This document shows positions 62,271 to 64,000 of a stretch of 64,000 nt of DNA, in pieces. The translations under genes and the position numbers were made by a program. Origin of the DNA: Botryllus schlosseri (lineage: Eukaryota); assembly GCA_051294905.1 (NCBI GenBank), contig CM119372.1, positions 32,056,001-32,120,000 on the forward strand, written 5' to 3'. The notes beneath the pieces were generated by a model. That model made no database searches. It was not told where the DNA came from and worked only from the letters and a program-made list of their open reading frames with translations. Within the stretch, counting starts at the first letter, position 1; the number at the start of each line of letters is the position of its first letter.

Positions 62271-62364
62271 ATGAAGATTGTTTTTATTTCGGTAGCGATT
62301 TTTCTTACTGCCTATGGACTCGAAGACAGAATTACAGAGGAAGATGATATTTCTGCTAAACCAA
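62271..62364 (+). CDS. Probable first coding exon of a secreted protein (MKIVFISVAIFLTAYG-LEDRITEEDDISAKP)
   Basis: ACAATG start, MK + hydrophobic core + AYG cleavage-like site, acidic segment, phase-1 GTGAGT donor at 62365; lies in non-repetitive sequence. Downstream exons not established. Confidence 0.5.
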
Positions 62365-64000
62365 GTGAGTTGCAACGTATATCTATATCGTAGTCCGCAG
62401 GACCGACATATTAGGTTTGTCAACTGCACGAAATCTGTGAACGAAATAGAATTCATTTTTATCTTACAACCGAAAAATGCAGATATATTCCACATATCTT
62501 CATGAGATATGATAGGCGATAACCGTAAAATACCGCACTGATGTCGACAATTAATGGAATGTTTAATGTTTTTCAGATATCGACCTCAATTGTGCAAATT
62601 TGTAGTATTCGATATTGTGTCTTAATTTTCGCGAAGTCAGCTACATAAGAGCCCGTTTAAAATGTACCTATAGCTCGGGTAACCAAGACGGCAATTAGTA
62701 GGGCTGGGCAAAATCTAGTACCTGAGTGACTCGATTCTGAATCACGTATTTTGCTTCGAGTCGAGTCGAGAATTCGAGTATCAATCATTATGACGTAATA
62801 TCAGTATATAAGACAGAGGTCTCAAACTCAAATGTGCTCGCGGGCCATTTCCTAGTTTTTGATGACGCCCCGGGTCGCAGCATCAATCTTAGGGATATGG
62901 ATATTCAATGTATAAATTTCAAGTAGGCCTTATTCGACGGGACCTTGTAGACAGGCATTCCACAAACATCGTGGAAATATAATTTACTATTGCATTATTC
63001 ACGATTGACACGAAAAAAATCACATTTTCAAATATTTGAATAAAATTGTTTTTGTGCCGGGCATGAGTTTTCTAATTAATGAGTTATAGACATCATACGA
63101 GAGGATGCATCATGATATTGTAAAACTGTCGGGTTATAATATTGCAGCTAGTGGACCTTTGACGTGCCACAATTTCGTGTAGAGTATTTTAAAATCTACT
63201 GAAGATTGATCTGATATCAGAGCATTTGAGCGTTGTAGCCTAATCCGGGTTTTGATAAAGTGGTGATAAGTATAGGCTATTGTTATTGTCATTGCCAAAG
63301 TCAAATTAAACCAGCGTTCGATTTTCCGTTGATGATTATTGGAACATATCAATAACAACTTGAATATAATCATTATTGAGCCATAGTAATAGAATTGCTT
63401 CTTAACCTTTTTATCGATCGTACCCCTTGTGCTTCCAATGAGATACCTCGTAGCCCCTATCCATTTTCAACACAATTTCTGATGGTACCTAATACCTATT
63501 TTAAAATCAGAAAGCCCATGCACATAAAATCCCTCCTAGCGCGAAGACTATTTTCCAGTTGAATAAATTGGCCAAGAAAATATTCCACAGCATATCGGCC
63601 TAATTCCACAATGCATCTCGCATGTGGTGCTTCGTACCCCGATGGGGTCTACGGACCCTGGAATATAAATGTCCAATCGTCGAATAATTCATGGGTGTTA
63701 CAGCTGTAGAGCGTACTACTACGCTACTCGTCACCGATAATAACATGGATAAAGAGAACAAACAACACCCAGCATGTAACCATGCAACTATACGTCACGG
63801 GGGTCATAGAATGCCAATGGTTGCCATACTGACCTGATTATATAGCTATATAGGGCTACCCAACGCAACGCAAGATACGACCTTTTGATATATTAAGGCT
63901 GCTCCACACTGGCTTTGCGACACGACTAAAACAGGTAATTCCCTGATCATGTCGCGCTCACGATCGCGGTAGTTGCGTTCTGTTGCACACTGGGACACCG

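Overview
Eukaryotic (animal, most likely a marine invertebrate; taxon cannot be fixed from sequence alone), AT-rich, intron- and transposon-rich DNA with a 100-N scaffold gap at 35331-35430. Most short ORFs in the supplied track are noise. Real content: (1) a spliced minus-strand gene (ATG 18047, running off the window start) for a secreted protein made of a signal-peptide exon plus at least 10 symmetrical phase-1 exons, each encoding one 6-Cys EGF/EB-like module; (2) in its first coding intron, an intact Penelope-like retroelement (RT + GIY-YIG) in partial-tandem arrangement, with a minimal hammerhead ribozyme in each terminal repeat; (3) a second, unrelated hammerhead motif on a 122-bp insertion, present three times in a near-identical 5.41-kb tandem array (20933-35330) built from Chapaev3-like transposon pieces; (4) a divergent minus-strand GST-fold gene (46356-48102) lacking the catalytic Tyr; (5) a decayed I-group LINE (RT + RNase H); (6) a probable signal-peptide first exon at 62271; (7) many nested hAT, Harbinger and Chapaev3-like elements and tRNA-derived SINEs, most with readable TIRs and TSDs.
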